From: an uncultured Desulfocicer sp. | Lineage (GTDB): Bacteria; Desulfobacterota; Desulfobacteria; Desulfobacterales; Desulfobacteraceae | NCBI GenBank assembly: GCA_964433355.1 | Contig: CAYSSE010000001.1 | Span: 13,976-77,975, forward strand | Direction: 5' to 3' | Length of the DNA stretch: 64,000 bases | Shown: piece after piece, positions 37,601-47,076 of the stretch | Numbering within the stretch: position 1 is the stretch's first letter | How the letters are laid out: each line of letters opens with the position of its first letter | The notes under the pieces: model-generated | Told to the model about the DNA's origin: nothing | Database searches by the model: none | Seen by the model: the letters and a program-made list of their open reading frames with translations, nothing else | Program-made: the position numbers and the translations under genes

Positions 37601-37857
37601 AGTTCCCGGTTGATCCTGTCAACTTCTTCCGGGGAAAAGTTCGTTTCCAGAGGGTATAATCGTAGCATGACATCGTCGGCGGTTTCCTTTTTGCGGGCAC
37701 GGTAAAAAAGTCCTGATGAGGTTTCGCTCACAGTTTCCATTAACTCATAGTCATCGATAGTCTTACAAGGTTGTTCCAGAGATTGTCCACAGAGAGGACA
37801 AGTGCCCACGTCTTCTCCCAGACTCTGATTGCATTTCGGATTGGGGCATTTTTTCAT
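34606..37857 (-). CDS. Zn-ribbon-pseudokinase-TM-trypsin-like serine protease-TPR protein
   Basis: CPNPKC..CPLC; kinase fold with SDIWTLG but catalytic motifs lost; one TM helix; GTAF..LTNRHVV, NDVAVL, GNSGGP triad; helical repeats. Confidence 0.85.
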   Translation of the reverse strand: MKKCPNPKCNQSLGEDVGTCPLCGQSLEQPCKTIDDYELMETVSETSSGLFYRARKKETADDVMLRLYPLETNFSPEEVDRINRELSEISAFSNEFMVQHIALCQSDTGQWYRVTEWIETVSWGDLIASRFFRDPRNKKKWIQLFINIAKTLQYLHNNGRIIPQLTLNDLLLFKENDEEWNVKLDYKLSPIFNASQNDSNLTNHIAQHPDITSNRPLDQRSDIWTLGRLMVELLVGTNDFDDCQKLVDGIFHDFKPIVLHRKLSGLLCAMVQEDPDKRTSSMDQVIESLTSITDDDIQKWNKFEKDPSKKKKLRKSIVYSVGAAACIVVLVFGFLTFYNRQQTQMGIDTVKAETKEQLKHSQEYLDQLRKEIQGEKNYIEGAIAEKLSRALISMEGKLPEERITMLTERYRHSVGFVLTEYRLEYEEKTVASMTSTGTAFLVSSDGYLLTNRHVVCPWLKEDEKLAKIFEKAREKGVSDKLKLKYNLYLWFDGEEAFRTVAGLGSENIEDHFILSTSYRSDGTGEKKVEIMGVMPKPSDLIGKIYSLGNDVAVLRVSSLPLDAEPIPLQPDEKGKKVGKGTSVFAMGFPHGSKSIMGSTVVSRVTDGTITRVFENTLTTNADIHPGNSGGPVINMDGFAIGIASAIFAEPSDGKAPPQGKSSMGRIFPIQKARILLDNVRKGNPQWKGIPTYAFEGTLDKAKKAALDGNQEKASRMIQELIEESPHPDLFFWSGILSVRGDELTDQGIDHLKKNLTLEPENAFVKFLLYRADYLANISREKRAFRDDLLSLEWWNFSELLKYLVQMLEGEIPLEKALVVGDTPDDEAFIYWTAASLTKKEERNAERVRYLQKANDSVTPNSALQFLVHAEMIASKVASSESLRTSSLKKRSGEKTDEDLEELLGKILEQFAMPPEKSSLSSSSSSSSTRMALLMDIFDFTNKGLWQKALDQAERYLSFPNRESANMLGIGLLKCQLLSLLGQKQEAEAALKAYMQQIHAPLYRHIASYLLGESTEKELKQESTNSPEKTLTLSTALGLKAEAEGDLPKAIEYYNDAMDTGINNWAEFTLAVERRGQIRANQNK

Positions 37858-37882
37858 GGTATCTCCATATTATTTTTTTGTT

Positions 37883-38323
37883 TTAGAGGGTATTCCAATA
37901 ACGCAACAGCCCCTTGTCGTTCTGAAAAACCAGGCTGTATTGCTCCAGATCATCAGATGAGATAAAAGTGTATTGGGAGGACTCGCGATTCAAAGATATT
38001 TCCCCGGAGACACGACATTTAAAGTAAAAATTTATACAGTGCATTCTCCCTGTTTTCAGTGGCAGACTGTCCTGAAAAAAGAGGAATGTTGCATCCTCAC
38101 AAATCAACCCAGTCTCTTCTTCCAGTTCCCGGCAGGCAGCTTGATGAACGGTATCTCCATAATCCACCTTTCCCCCGGGCAAACACCACTCTCCCGGGGC
38201 ATATCCTTCTTGGGATCGTTTGAGGATCAGTATTTTATGCGCTGCATCAAGTACAATCAAGCGTACCGCTGGTATTGGATAGGATGTGTTTTTTTGTATT
38301 TGTAAGTCGATATTTTTTTTCAA
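37883..38323 (-). CDS. NUDIX hydrolase
   Basis: Nudix box GGKVDYGDTVHQAACRELEEETGL; TTG start. Confidence 0.9.
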   Translation of the reverse strand: MKKNIDLQIQKNTSYPIPAVRLIVLDAAHKILILKRSQEGYAPGEWCLPGGKVDYGDTVHQAACRELEEETGLICEDATFLFFQDSLPLKTGRMHCINFYFKCRVSGEISLNRESSQYTFISSDDLEQYSLVFQNDKGLLRYWNTL

Positions 38324-38490
38324 TAAGTGTTCCCCTGTTGCAGAATCATGATTTGTTTTTTTGGGGGTTAGAAACTCATTTTTACTTCAAGGCAGGTCAT
38401 GTAAAAAAAATTGTAGCAAAGTGTATGCTATGATCGGCACTTCTATTTATATTCCGGGAATCATTCAATAATTTCTCAGCTTACGAAAAG

Positions 38491-38531
38491 CCCTGCCACG
38501 GAAGTCTTCCATGATGGCTACAATGGCAGGG
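38491..38531 (-). terminator. Possible hairpin terminator after the vWA gene
   Basis: CCCTGCCA...TGGCAGGG inverted repeat with AAAAG on its left (U-tract on the minus strand); loop is long. Confidence 0.35.
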
Positions 38532-38559
38532 ATAATAGTTTTTTATGGAGAATTCAAGA

Positions 38560-39210
38560 TTACCTGAAAAATCCGCTGATTAGGCCGAAAACAACTTTAA
38601 GTTCGTCAAAATCTGCAATGTTACGCCTGTCGTCGGCAAATTCAAACTCACTGATATCTGCACTTGGACCGACTCCCACAATGGATACAAAAATTTTATC
38701 ATTGGGAAAGATCCTCCTTGTCAAAGCTTTCACTTCCAAGGGTGATTGGGTATCCTTGCCATCTGTCACCACAATGATCACCTGATTGTAGTTGCCGTTG
38801 AGAGCTTTCTCCTGATCTATTGCCGAAGAAGTTGCTTTCAGCAGGGCTGTATAAATGGCAGTATATCCATATTTCGGATGCTTGATTCGTTCCAGTGCCC
38901 CAGATATCACTGCTGCTTTGGTAATATCTGAGACGTTGATATATGGAAGTTGAGCGAAATCGTCGTTTCCGCCAAACCATCCAATGGAGATAAAATCGGC
39001 TGGCCTTCCCAGGTTGATTGGAAGTTGACTGGCATCATACAACATTTTCAATAGCGCTTTTGGCGCTTGGTTTGCTTTCCGAAAATCTGAATCGCCCACG
39101 GAACCGGAAGCATCCATCACCACGGTATAAATAGTTGGTAACGCATGGGCAGATGAAGTGATACAAAACAGTATTGCCAGAACAAAAACAGACGTTTTTA
39201 GATTTTTCAT
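38560..39210 (-). CDS. Secreted vWA domain protein
   Basis: Signal peptide (SAHA), MIDAS DASGS, YTAIY, VVTDG, VGVG. Confidence 0.85.
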   Translation of the reverse strand: MKNLKTSVFVLAILFCITSSAHALPTIYTVVMDASGSVGDSDFRKANQAPKALLKMLYDASQLPINLGRPADFISIGWFGGNDDFAQLPYINVSDITKAAVISGALERIKHPKYGYTAIYTALLKATSSAIDQEKALNGNYNQVIIVVTDGKDTQSPLEVKALTRRIFPNDKIFVSIVGVGPSADISEFEFADDRRNIADFDELKVVFGLISGFFR

Positions 39211-39223
39211 ATTCTCCTCCTTT

Positions 39224-40075
39224 TTAAGGCATTTCGATTTTCTGTTTCAAGTTTTTGGCAATATGATAAATACCATTCACAGCATCCTTGGATAGGGGCT
39301 GATTTGGAGATATTTTCATGAACGCCTTGATCTTGGGAAGTTCTTCCGCAATCGCCGACAGGGTGGGGGAATCCTGGACAAAAAGCTTCAAAGATGTCAA
39401 AGCTTTAATATAAACATCAACAACATAATCCATTGCAAGAACTTTCGAACTTTCTTCCTGATAATTCTTGGACAGCTCTTCAGAGGCGTAATACATCAAT
39501 TCGGTCCATCCTCCCAGACTGACCAGCATGGCCAAGTCGTTGTCACCTTTTGTTCGTAAAAGCTGTTCAGACTCATCAAACAGCAAGTCCATGCTCTCTT
39601 TGATTTCTTGTTGATTTTTGTTCTTCAAAGCCAGTTTTAATTTATCGATTGTCTTTAACTCATCCTTGAAACCCAAATCTTCAGTAAGTTTCATGATGGT
39701 TGTTCCCAAATCTTGCAACTCGGAATCCGTGGCTTTTTGATCTCCATATGTCATCATAAGTCCATCGGTGCATCTGGATCCGAGATTGAGGGCAATTTTT
39801 ATACTTTCAGAATAATTTTTTGTCAAATTGGGTTTAATTTGACCGGTATAGGTAAACTCGTTTCCTTGAAGTACCTTTTGAATGACCGCAGGCCTTGGTA
39901 CAAGATAGGCAATCTCTAATCTTCCAGAATACTTATCCAGGAGTTCTTTGTTTAAAGGGGGCTTTTCCGATTTTGCCTGTTGAGCAAGCAATGTTTGGGA
40001 GTTACAGATAACCAGTGCAAAGCACAGGCAAACGATTGGCAAAAGGTTACAAAACAATGGTGTCACTTTTTTCAT
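39224..40075 (-). CDS. Secreted alpha-helical protein, paralog of 55260-56066
   Basis: Signal peptide; ALNLG and LVSLGGWTELMYYA align with SLNLG and ANAAGMVTGLYYA of the paralog. Confidence 0.75.
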   Translation of the reverse strand: MKKVTPLFCNLLPIVCLCFALVICNSQTLLAQQAKSEKPPLNKELLDKYSGRLEIAYLVPRPAVIQKVLQGNEFTYTGQIKPNLTKNYSESIKIALNLGSRCTDGLMMTYGDQKATDSELQDLGTTIMKLTEDLGFKDELKTIDKLKLALKNKNQQEIKESMDLLFDESEQLLRTKGDNDLAMLVSLGGWTELMYYASEELSKNYQEESSKVLAMDYVVDVYIKALTSLKLFVQDSPTLSAIAEELPKIKAFMKISPNQPLSKDAVNGIYHIAKNLKQKIEMP

Positions 40076-40077
40076 TT

Positions 40078-42330
40078 CTACCTCCGTCGAATGGTGGATC
40101 GAATAATAAAAAAACCTGCCAGATACAAAAACAATAAATAGGACGACAACTCAATGATATTCAAAAACCATGTTCTGGAAAGAATATCGTTATAGTACCG
40201 ATTTCCTGACAATGCCGTAAAATAATCATGATGTTGGGCCTTGAATTCCCCTCTTTGCTGAAGGGTTAATCCCGCTCCCATATCACCAATCTCCTTGTTC
40301 AATTGAGCCTGTTTCTCTAAAATTTCCAGGTCAAATTTTTTTCTGATCTGCTGTTCCTCCTTTCGTTTTTGGTAACGGGTATTTTGCGGCAACTTTCCAC
40401 TTATATTTAACCGTTTATATTTTTGCGCTACCTGTTCAAGTGCTAATTGTTTTTCAGATTTTAACTGACTGACAGGGTGAAAAGAATAATTGGCGGTAAC
40501 AAGAAATTCCAGGGCCCAGCTTGCCGGCAACAAACGGGCAAGAATCGGCGCTTTGTATTTATTTACATGCCATTCCTGGCTTTTGTCCTGCTGACATGTC
40601 AAGGCCCACCCTTTTTCAAACACATAAAGAGAGCTGCTCATCTGTTGGTAGGGGATGAAACCGCCCCCCAAAATAATCTGGGGAATCAAAATCAGGGGAA
40701 CAAGGTTGTATGCCGCAAGCACCGATGTACTCAGTGCTGAGAACAAAAGGCCAAATCCGATACCAATGGAAGAGATCAGAATCATCAAACCGCCGTTCAC
40801 CATTAACATGTATTTCACATCCAGTATCCAGTGCGCCGGAATAAGGAAAGCAAAACTTTGAACAACGGCAAACAAGGTAAGAACCAGAAATTTGGCAAAA
40901 TAATAGGCTCCAACTGAGGTTCCGCCCAAACTTTCTCTTTGCAGCATGGTTTTGTCTTTGATTATTTCAAAGACACTTGCCATGAGCCCAAAAAACATTC
41001 CTGTAATGACAATAAGAAAAAGAAAATGAACATAATGCTCATTTTCCACAATCGAATAGGGCTGATTGTCTGGAGTAAATCGAAAGACCAACCCTCCCAG
41101 AACTCCTAAAATGGGGGGTATGACAAAACTAAATAATTGATTCAATCTGTCCCTGGACTTGCTGAGCATTTGCCGTTTTGTCTGCAAGACCAACTGGTTC
41201 AGAATGGATTTCGAACCATTCAGGGGTTTGTGGGGGGGGCCGGAACTTTTGTGTTCGCCTCTTTTATTTTGTTCTTTGGGACAACACAATTCTTCATGGG
41301 GATCTTTTGTGAAACCAGGGCATTGGGGCAATCTCAGGGAGTTCCAATAATCAGATTGGGCATCCTCCTGGGCATTCAGCAAAATGTCCGGATCAACCTT
41401 TTTACACGTTGGACACTCCACATAGTCTTTTGAAATGTGGGGATCTTTGGAGACCTGAATAAAAACCTCAAGCGCTTTTAAAGGATCTCCAAAAAAAAGC
41501 TGCTCCCCATCAATATTTACAATCAAAACCTTGTCAAACATTTTATAAATCGCGGAAGAGGGTTGGTGGATTACCAGCAATACCATTTTCCCTTGGTGGG
41601 TCAAGTCTTTGAGAAAGGAAATCAGCTGTTCGGAATCTTTGGATGAAAGTCCACTGGTGGGTTCATCCAGAATCAATACATCTGGATCATTGAGTAGTTC
41701 CATGGCCATGTTGAGACGTCTGCGTTGGCCGCCTGAGAGTTTTGTATCACGGCTGACCACCCGTTTGTCTCGTTTGTGCAAAATATTGAAAGTACTAAGT
41801 ATGTTATCAATATCTTTTCCAACATTCCGCTTATGCCGATCACTGTCAGATTTCAGTTTCTGATAAAAATAGAGATTTTCAAAAACTGTCAGGGAGTCAT
41901 CCAGAATATCGTCCTGGGGTGCGAAGCCCAAATGTGTTTTGAAATCTAAAAGTGCATTGGTGCACTTTTTTCCATTCACAAAGATGTCTCCCTGCTCAAC
42001 AATTATTTTATCAAGCAGGGCTTGGATAAGGGAGGATTTTCCAGAGCCGGAAGGTCCCATTATGGCCATCATTTGACCTTGGCACAGAGAAAATGAAACG
42101 TTGACAATGGAGGGGTATTCTTTTTTGGGGTATCGTGCAGTTAGGTTTTTAACGGTTATATTTTGTATAATAGTCTTATCAATATGCTCCTTCTGGTTCC
42201 TCTTTATTTCATTGGAATCCATTCTATCCATGACTAATTGTGATGTATCATTAATATGATTGGATTGACCATTGTTGGATTGCAACCGGTTACCACCAGA
42301 TGAATTGTTTGAATTGCTTGAAGTGCCCAT
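40078..42330 (-). CDS. ABCG-type fused NBD-TMD exporter
   Basis: GPSGSGKS, PQDD, LSGGQRRR, LDEPTSGL, VIHQPS; CPTC linker; ABC2-type membrane domain with LIPQIILGG. Confidence 0.9.
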   Translation of the reverse strand: MGTSSNSNNSSGGNRLQSNNGQSNHINDTSQLVMDRMDSNEIKRNQKEHIDKTIIQNITVKNLTARYPKKEYPSIVNVSFSLCQGQMMAIMGPSGSGKSSLIQALLDKIIVEQGDIFVNGKKCTNALLDFKTHLGFAPQDDILDDSLTVFENLYFYQKLKSDSDRHKRNVGKDIDNILSTFNILHKRDKRVVSRDTKLSGGQRRRLNMAMELLNDPDVLILDEPTSGLSSKDSEQLISFLKDLTHQGKMVLLVIHQPSSAIYKMFDKVLIVNIDGEQLFFGDPLKALEVFIQVSKDPHISKDYVECPTCKKVDPDILLNAQEDAQSDYWNSLRLPQCPGFTKDPHEELCCPKEQNKRGEHKSSGPPHKPLNGSKSILNQLVLQTKRQMLSKSRDRLNQLFSFVIPPILGVLGGLVFRFTPDNQPYSIVENEHYVHFLFLIVITGMFFGLMASVFEIIKDKTMLQRESLGGTSVGAYYFAKFLVLTLFAVVQSFAFLIPAHWILDVKYMLMVNGGLMILISSIGIGFGLLFSALSTSVLAAYNLVPLILIPQIILGGGFIPYQQMSSSLYVFEKGWALTCQQDKSQEWHVNKYKAPILARLLPASWALEFLVTANYSFHPVSQLKSEKQLALEQVAQKYKRLNISGKLPQNTRYQKRKEEQQIRKKFDLEILEKQAQLNKEIGDMGAGLTLQQRGEFKAQHHDYFTALSGNRYYNDILSRTWFLNIIELSSYLLFLYLAGFFIIRSTIRRR

Positions 42331-42578
42331 TTATTATTTTTATCCCGGAATTATAGCAAATATTGTGAGCTCGCATCATTATTTGTATAATCTATCTCTA
42401 ACAATCAAATACAAACAAGATACGAAATTAATATTAAAGACATTCAGAGAACAGATTAGTTTTAGATTATAGATGATACAAGTGCAAGCCTTTTTTATAA
42501 AAAGAATAGTACCCCCCAGCTTTACCGGTGAGACTTAATTCATTGTGCCCGCAGGTACTGCCATTTTTTTGATTTAAA

Positions 42579-44549
42579 TCATAAAACTAACACCTCTCCA
42601 GATTCATTCACCATTCCACAATCTTGAACCAACTCATCCTCTTTGCCAAGCAGGTGAAGCACACAATTTCTGAGCACTTTATCTTCAAGTTGTATGCGGT
42701 CAAGATGAAAATTTTCATTATGTGAAATTTTATTATCATCACTTTCTACTAATTTCCGTCGATGGTGGATCAATTCATGACAGATGATTGGTAAGGCAGC
42801 CAACTCTCCGTTACTTAGCTTAAGAATGGATCTCATTGGCAATGAGTCCATACAGATGCCGATGCAAAGTTGATCCGGATCTTGATCGGTACCATTTAAA
42901 ACTGCTGCAATGATTTCTCCATTTTCTTTCCGTTGTTTAATTTGTATGGGAAAAAGATGAATCTTTTTTGGAGGATGAAAACGGACCAGTGAATGCCTGA
43001 ACCAAGGACGATTAAGTAGTGTTTTCAAGCGATCCAAAAAATCAACGGTCAATTTGTCCGGAGAAGAAACCCGACGAACCTTTAGTGGTGTTCGAGAAAT
43101 AATTTTACGTTCTTCGAGTTCTTCCAGCTTCTTTTCATTCCAGAGAAGTTCCTCCATACTGATTAACTCTATCCCCTCCATTTGTTCCAGCAGGGGTTTT
43201 AATATATTTTCAATTTGCCTTTGTTCATGCCCTCCCCAAAGATTATCAAAATAGTATGTTTTTTCTTTGAGGATGAAATTTGCGTTGTGTTCTCCATCAA
43301 GAAATGCTGCGGCATCAGGGGCCTTTGCATAAAAGAACACTCCTTTAGAACTTTTATCCTCAAGTATATTATGGATTGACATTGGCGTTGGGCTGTTAAA
43401 TGTTAAAAACAGTGGATAATTGATCAAGTAATCCACAAGATCAATAGTATGTTCTTTATGCTCAAAAAAAGAGTTGTTTGATTGAATTCTGTTAACTAAA
43501 AGATTACGTAATGTATAAATATTGGCAGTTGCCATATCATCAGCATATTGTTTTAGTCTTTTTGATTTGCTTCCCATCGCTTTTTTAAACAATTTTATTA
43601 AAGCCATACATCTTGCTGTTTCAACGCTTTGCTTGATTTTATCAAAATCCTTATCCCTTACAAATTTATCTCGCCCCAAAGTGGGTTCTCCATGATTGCT
43701 CAGAACAATGCAGGACTCATTCTGCATATACGGTTTATCATAGTGTTGATAATTCTGAGGCAATTTTGACCCTCCGGTGCTTATAAACATGGGATACATT
43801 TTATCTTTTTCCACAGGCATTTTTCTTAGATAGAGGTGAATATCATCAATGAATTCCCATTCTCTGGCCCTTGATCTGGCCACATAGTGAACCGTCGGCT
43901 CATCTTCTATTGAGATATTGATATCTCCTTTCCTCGCCATCAAAGAAGGATCAATGCAGATTATATTTCCATTAAAATCAACTGGCACTATTGTTTGTCT
44001 TAAAAAAGATGACAGCGCTTTCATTATCCCTGCGTGGCTACTTTTGGGAAAAGTAAATGTTATGGCAAATCCATGACAATTTTCCTGGGATTCATTCATA
44101 TACCAATAAGGTATACCCGTATGAGAACAATCATATATAATTTGGGATGATCGCCCGCAAACCACAGTGTTTATTTCAACTTTTTTTACACCCAGATGAC
44201 TGTTAAAGGCACCGACAAGCCCCATTCCAAATCTACCTATGGTATTTTTTTTATTATTTCTTTTGCTGCTTTTTCCAATGAAATGCAATGCCTCAAGATT
44301 GTCATGAATCAGCCCTATCCCATTATCTTTAAACGTAAGATGATAAGTGTTTTTTTCTTTTATCAGTGTAATAACAATAGGTTCCTTGCCTTGTTGTTGA
44401 TCCAGGGCATTTGCCACAGGTTCATGGACAATCCCCTGTTCAGGAAAAGCGAATTGATTTTCTCTGAGTTTTTCAAATCCCTTTTCATGATGGGCTTCAA
44501 AAATAAACTTTCTTTCCAGTAATAAGTTTTTTTCTATATTTTTCAGCAT
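42579..44549 (-). CDS. HSP90-like GHKL ATPase with C-terminal HExxH motif
   Basis: HEPVANALD, DNGIG, GKSSK, IGRFGMG; ICHELIHH...HNENF. Confidence 0.8.
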   Translation of the reverse strand: MLKNIEKNLLLERKFIFEAHHEKGFEKLRENQFAFPEQGIVHEPVANALDQQQGKEPIVITLIKEKNTYHLTFKDNGIGLIHDNLEALHFIGKSSKRNNKKNTIGRFGMGLVGAFNSHLGVKKVEINTVVCGRSSQIIYDCSHTGIPYWYMNESQENCHGFAITFTFPKSSHAGIMKALSSFLRQTIVPVDFNGNIICIDPSLMARKGDINISIEDEPTVHYVARSRAREWEFIDDIHLYLRKMPVEKDKMYPMFISTGGSKLPQNYQHYDKPYMQNESCIVLSNHGEPTLGRDKFVRDKDFDKIKQSVETARCMALIKLFKKAMGSKSKRLKQYADDMATANIYTLRNLLVNRIQSNNSFFEHKEHTIDLVDYLINYPLFLTFNSPTPMSIHNILEDKSSKGVFFYAKAPDAAAFLDGEHNANFILKEKTYYFDNLWGGHEQRQIENILKPLLEQMEGIELISMEELLWNEKKLEELEERKIISRTPLKVRRVSSPDKLTVDFLDRLKTLLNRPWFRHSLVRFHPPKKIHLFPIQIKQRKENGEIIAAVLNGTDQDPDQLCIGICMDSLPMRSILKLSNGELAALPIICHELIHHRRKLVESDDNKISHNENFHLDRIQLEDKVLRNCVLHLLGKEDELVQDCGMVNESGEVLVL

Positions 44550-44598
44550 TTTAAAATCCTATAAATAAGGTGTTGTTTTTTTTAGCAGATCCGCGAAA

Positions 44599-46503
44599 TT
44601 ATAAATTGATGACATTATCAAAAATTTGGATAAATTCATTGAGATCACAATCAGTGGAGATGTTTTCCTCTTCCCAAGGGAGTCTTACGAGGTTTGCTCG
44701 ACCAAAGCGCTGGACTATATCTTTGGTGAGTAAATTCTCTCTTTGATTTGCAGGGCATGAAAATCCAATGTCACACAATATTTCACGTATTAAAAAATGT
44801 GCTGCAAACATCTGATATTTATTTGAATTTGATAATAAATCAATTAAATTTTGAATGTGAGTGTTATTCAAGTTTAAATAAACGGTTGGGAATGGGTTGT
44901 TTTGAAAATAAGTTGGTGTCATTTTTTCTTCAGTTCCTTTGTATGAATAAAAATTACCAACACGCACTGCCAGGTGATCTGGAAAATTCTTAGAATTTTC
45001 AACTGAGTTTCGAAAGTTACTCCAAACAGATTTGAGTTCTAATTTTTTTTCCACAAGCTCTGAAATTTTCAACGCTTTAGGAGTATCGAAATTATTGACC
45101 AAAAGGCGGTTCTCTTTTTTGACAAGACGGCCATTGTATCTTTTTTCTAAATAATCCTGGAATTGATAGGGGAGGTCTGCAAGACAAATACAGATAAATT
45201 CAGGTTCATCCGCTTTTACAAAATTCCGCATGCTCATGGATGAAGGACGCTCCCATGTGAAATAAATACTGCCCTCCCATTTATCGAGAAAGTCGAGTGA
45301 ATATGGAATGTGTGAAGTATAACTTGGGATAAAAGGAGCATTCAGAACTTCAACCGGCGGAGAAAAATTATGTTTTTCAGATTGAACCATTGTGTCCGCC
45401 ATTAATATCTGAAAATTTGTGCGGTGTTCATAAATTTCTAATGGGTTTTTTGTTAAAAGGATTGCAGAAGAACGAACAAAACCTTCCAGTATAACGTGTT
45501 TGAAAATTTTGGGAAGGAGTTCTTTTAAAAACGGCGTATCAAGTGATATTCGATTGCGGCCTATGTTGGTTTTAAAGTAAAAACTATCCAGAATCACATG
45601 GGTTTTTTGAAGTGTAAAGGCTTCGCCTCCGGTCCAGGGTAACCCGTTGGGCCGCTCAATTGGAATATTGCCTTTACACAGGGTGATTGAGGGTAAATTT
45701 TTGCTTCCTGTATTTTCCAAACCTACTGATAAAGTGACCTCTCCAAGACCTGATGCCAGTTTAACATCAAAATGAGAATTGCCATGTTTATCCTGCATTG
45801 TGTATTCACCGGGTACTTCAAAAGTGATATTTATTTTTTCCCTTTTGTAATTAAGCTCGCCATTTTTTTGTAATTTTACTGTTGTTTGGTGCATGGCTGG
45901 ATTTATCCAGCATAATTCTTTTCGAATCGTTTCGTTGATGATTTTAACTTCTTCAACAAATGCCTCTTTATTCGGTAGGGGTATTTTCATACAGACCAGC
46001 GTACCATGTTGGGTACCAATCATTTTGGTAGCATTTAAACGTGAAATTTCAAAAACTTTTCCTGAAAGTGTAGGGTGAATTACAACTGCATATGCCCCTC
46101 CCTGTGGGGTCATAGTGATAATCTCCAGTCCCGCCAGATCGTAACAGAGCATACTGAGCCTTCCCAGTGAGAATTCTCCAATTTTATCAATTATATTTTC
46201 TTTGGAGGAATCAAAAAGACACAGATAATTACTTTTGATTATTTTTTCATCCATACCGCAACCATCATCTCGAAAAAAAACCAGCATCAGTTTGTTTTCT
46301 GCATCGTATCTAAATTCAGATTCGATCATACTACAGCCACTGTCCACACTATTTTGTCCCAGTTCACGGAAACACAAAGAGCGATGGCTGAATTGTTGCT
46401 TGATTGAACTTATTATTGATTCAGTATCAATCTGAAACGCTTTTCGCGGGGTATGATCAAGAATCACTTCTCCCTGGTAAGTAGGGATATTTGAATTACT
46501 CAT
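44599..46503 (-). CDS. HSP90-like GHKL ATPase
   Basis: RELGQNSVD, DDGCGM, SSK, IGEFSLG, HGT; C-terminal YLNLNNTHIQNL; AAGGAG RBS supports ATG 46503. Confidence 0.8.
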   Translation of the reverse strand: MSNSNIPTYQGEVILDHTPRKAFQIDTESIISSIKQQFSHRSLCFRELGQNSVDSGCSMIESEFRYDAENKLMLVFFRDDGCGMDEKIIKSNYLCLFDSSKENIIDKIGEFSLGRLSMLCYDLAGLEIITMTPQGGAYAVVIHPTLSGKVFEISRLNATKMIGTQHGTLVCMKIPLPNKEAFVEEVKIINETIRKELCWINPAMHQTTVKLQKNGELNYKREKINITFEVPGEYTMQDKHGNSHFDVKLASGLGEVTLSVGLENTGSKNLPSITLCKGNIPIERPNGLPWTGGEAFTLQKTHVILDSFYFKTNIGRNRISLDTPFLKELLPKIFKHVILEGFVRSSAILLTKNPLEIYEHRTNFQILMADTMVQSEKHNFSPPVEVLNAPFIPSYTSHIPYSLDFLDKWEGSIYFTWERPSSMSMRNFVKADEPEFICICLADLPYQFQDYLEKRYNGRLVKKENRLLVNNFDTPKALKISELVEKKLELKSVWSNFRNSVENSKNFPDHLAVRVGNFYSYKGTEEKMTPTYFQNNPFPTVYLNLNNTHIQNLIDLLSNSNKYQMFAAHFLIREILCDIGFSCPANQRENLLTKDIVQRFGRANLVRLPWEEENISTDCDLNEFIQIFDNVINL

Positions 46504-46526
46504 TTGATTGATCTCCTTTTTCACCA

Positions 46527-46568
46527 TTAAAATTCCATCACAAGAAGGCCGACGTTATGATCAAGCTC
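46527..46568 (-). repeat. 42-bp repeat, inverted copy of 49208-49249
   Basis: GAGCTTGATCATAACGTCGGCCTTCTTGTGATGGAATTTTAA, 38/42 identical to the other copy. Confidence 0.9.
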
Positions 46569-46725
46569 TAATATTGTTATCATGGCAATTTTTGGTTGAC
46601 TTTAAGGTCGGCCTTGATCATTGTGATCAAACTCCAATTTTTAATTGGCCTTATTATTTGTTTATTCTTTTTTAAAACAGATCCCATAGATCTGATTTTA
46701 TAAATGATTGATGAAATTTAATAAT

Positions 46726-46742
46726 ATCAATTTTCGTGCCAA
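46726..46742 (-). promoter_or_regulatory. Putative sigma54 -24/-12 promoter for the left arm
   Basis: TTGGCACG-AAAA-TTGAT versus consensus TGGCACG-N4-TTGCW; divergent from a sigma54 activator gene. Confidence 0.65.
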
Positions 46743-46973
46743 CAATAATATTTTATATTGATGTTGTGTATAAGTAACTGTTATTAAATCTAATGATTAT
46801 TTTATTATATAGAATATATGGTTTTGGGTAGGAGATGAGTATTGAGTTGTTCGTTGAGTTGATATAAGTTTAGTAAGATTTTGTTGAGTTTATTTTTAAT
46901 CTAAAAATTAATATTCTTTAAAGTGTTTATATTGTTATAGTATTACAGATCAAACCAAAAAATATAATGTGTA

Positions 46974-46989
46974 TGGTATGAATTTTGAA
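46974..46989 (+). promoter_or_regulatory. Weaker sigma54-like motif upstream of the activator
   Basis: TGGTATG-AATT-TTGAA with correct spacing and two mismatches. Confidence 0.35.
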
Positions 46990-47076
46990 ATACAAATATT
47001 TACCATTCAATCAAATGAATTGGATGATTCATTATTTTTGTTTTTCCAAAATACAGGAGAAGCACGGGAGATTTAA

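Noticed and set aside
46580-46687. 35-codon minus-strand ORF upstream of the HSP90-like pair
   Set aside because: No RBS, and it overlaps repeat-derived sequence
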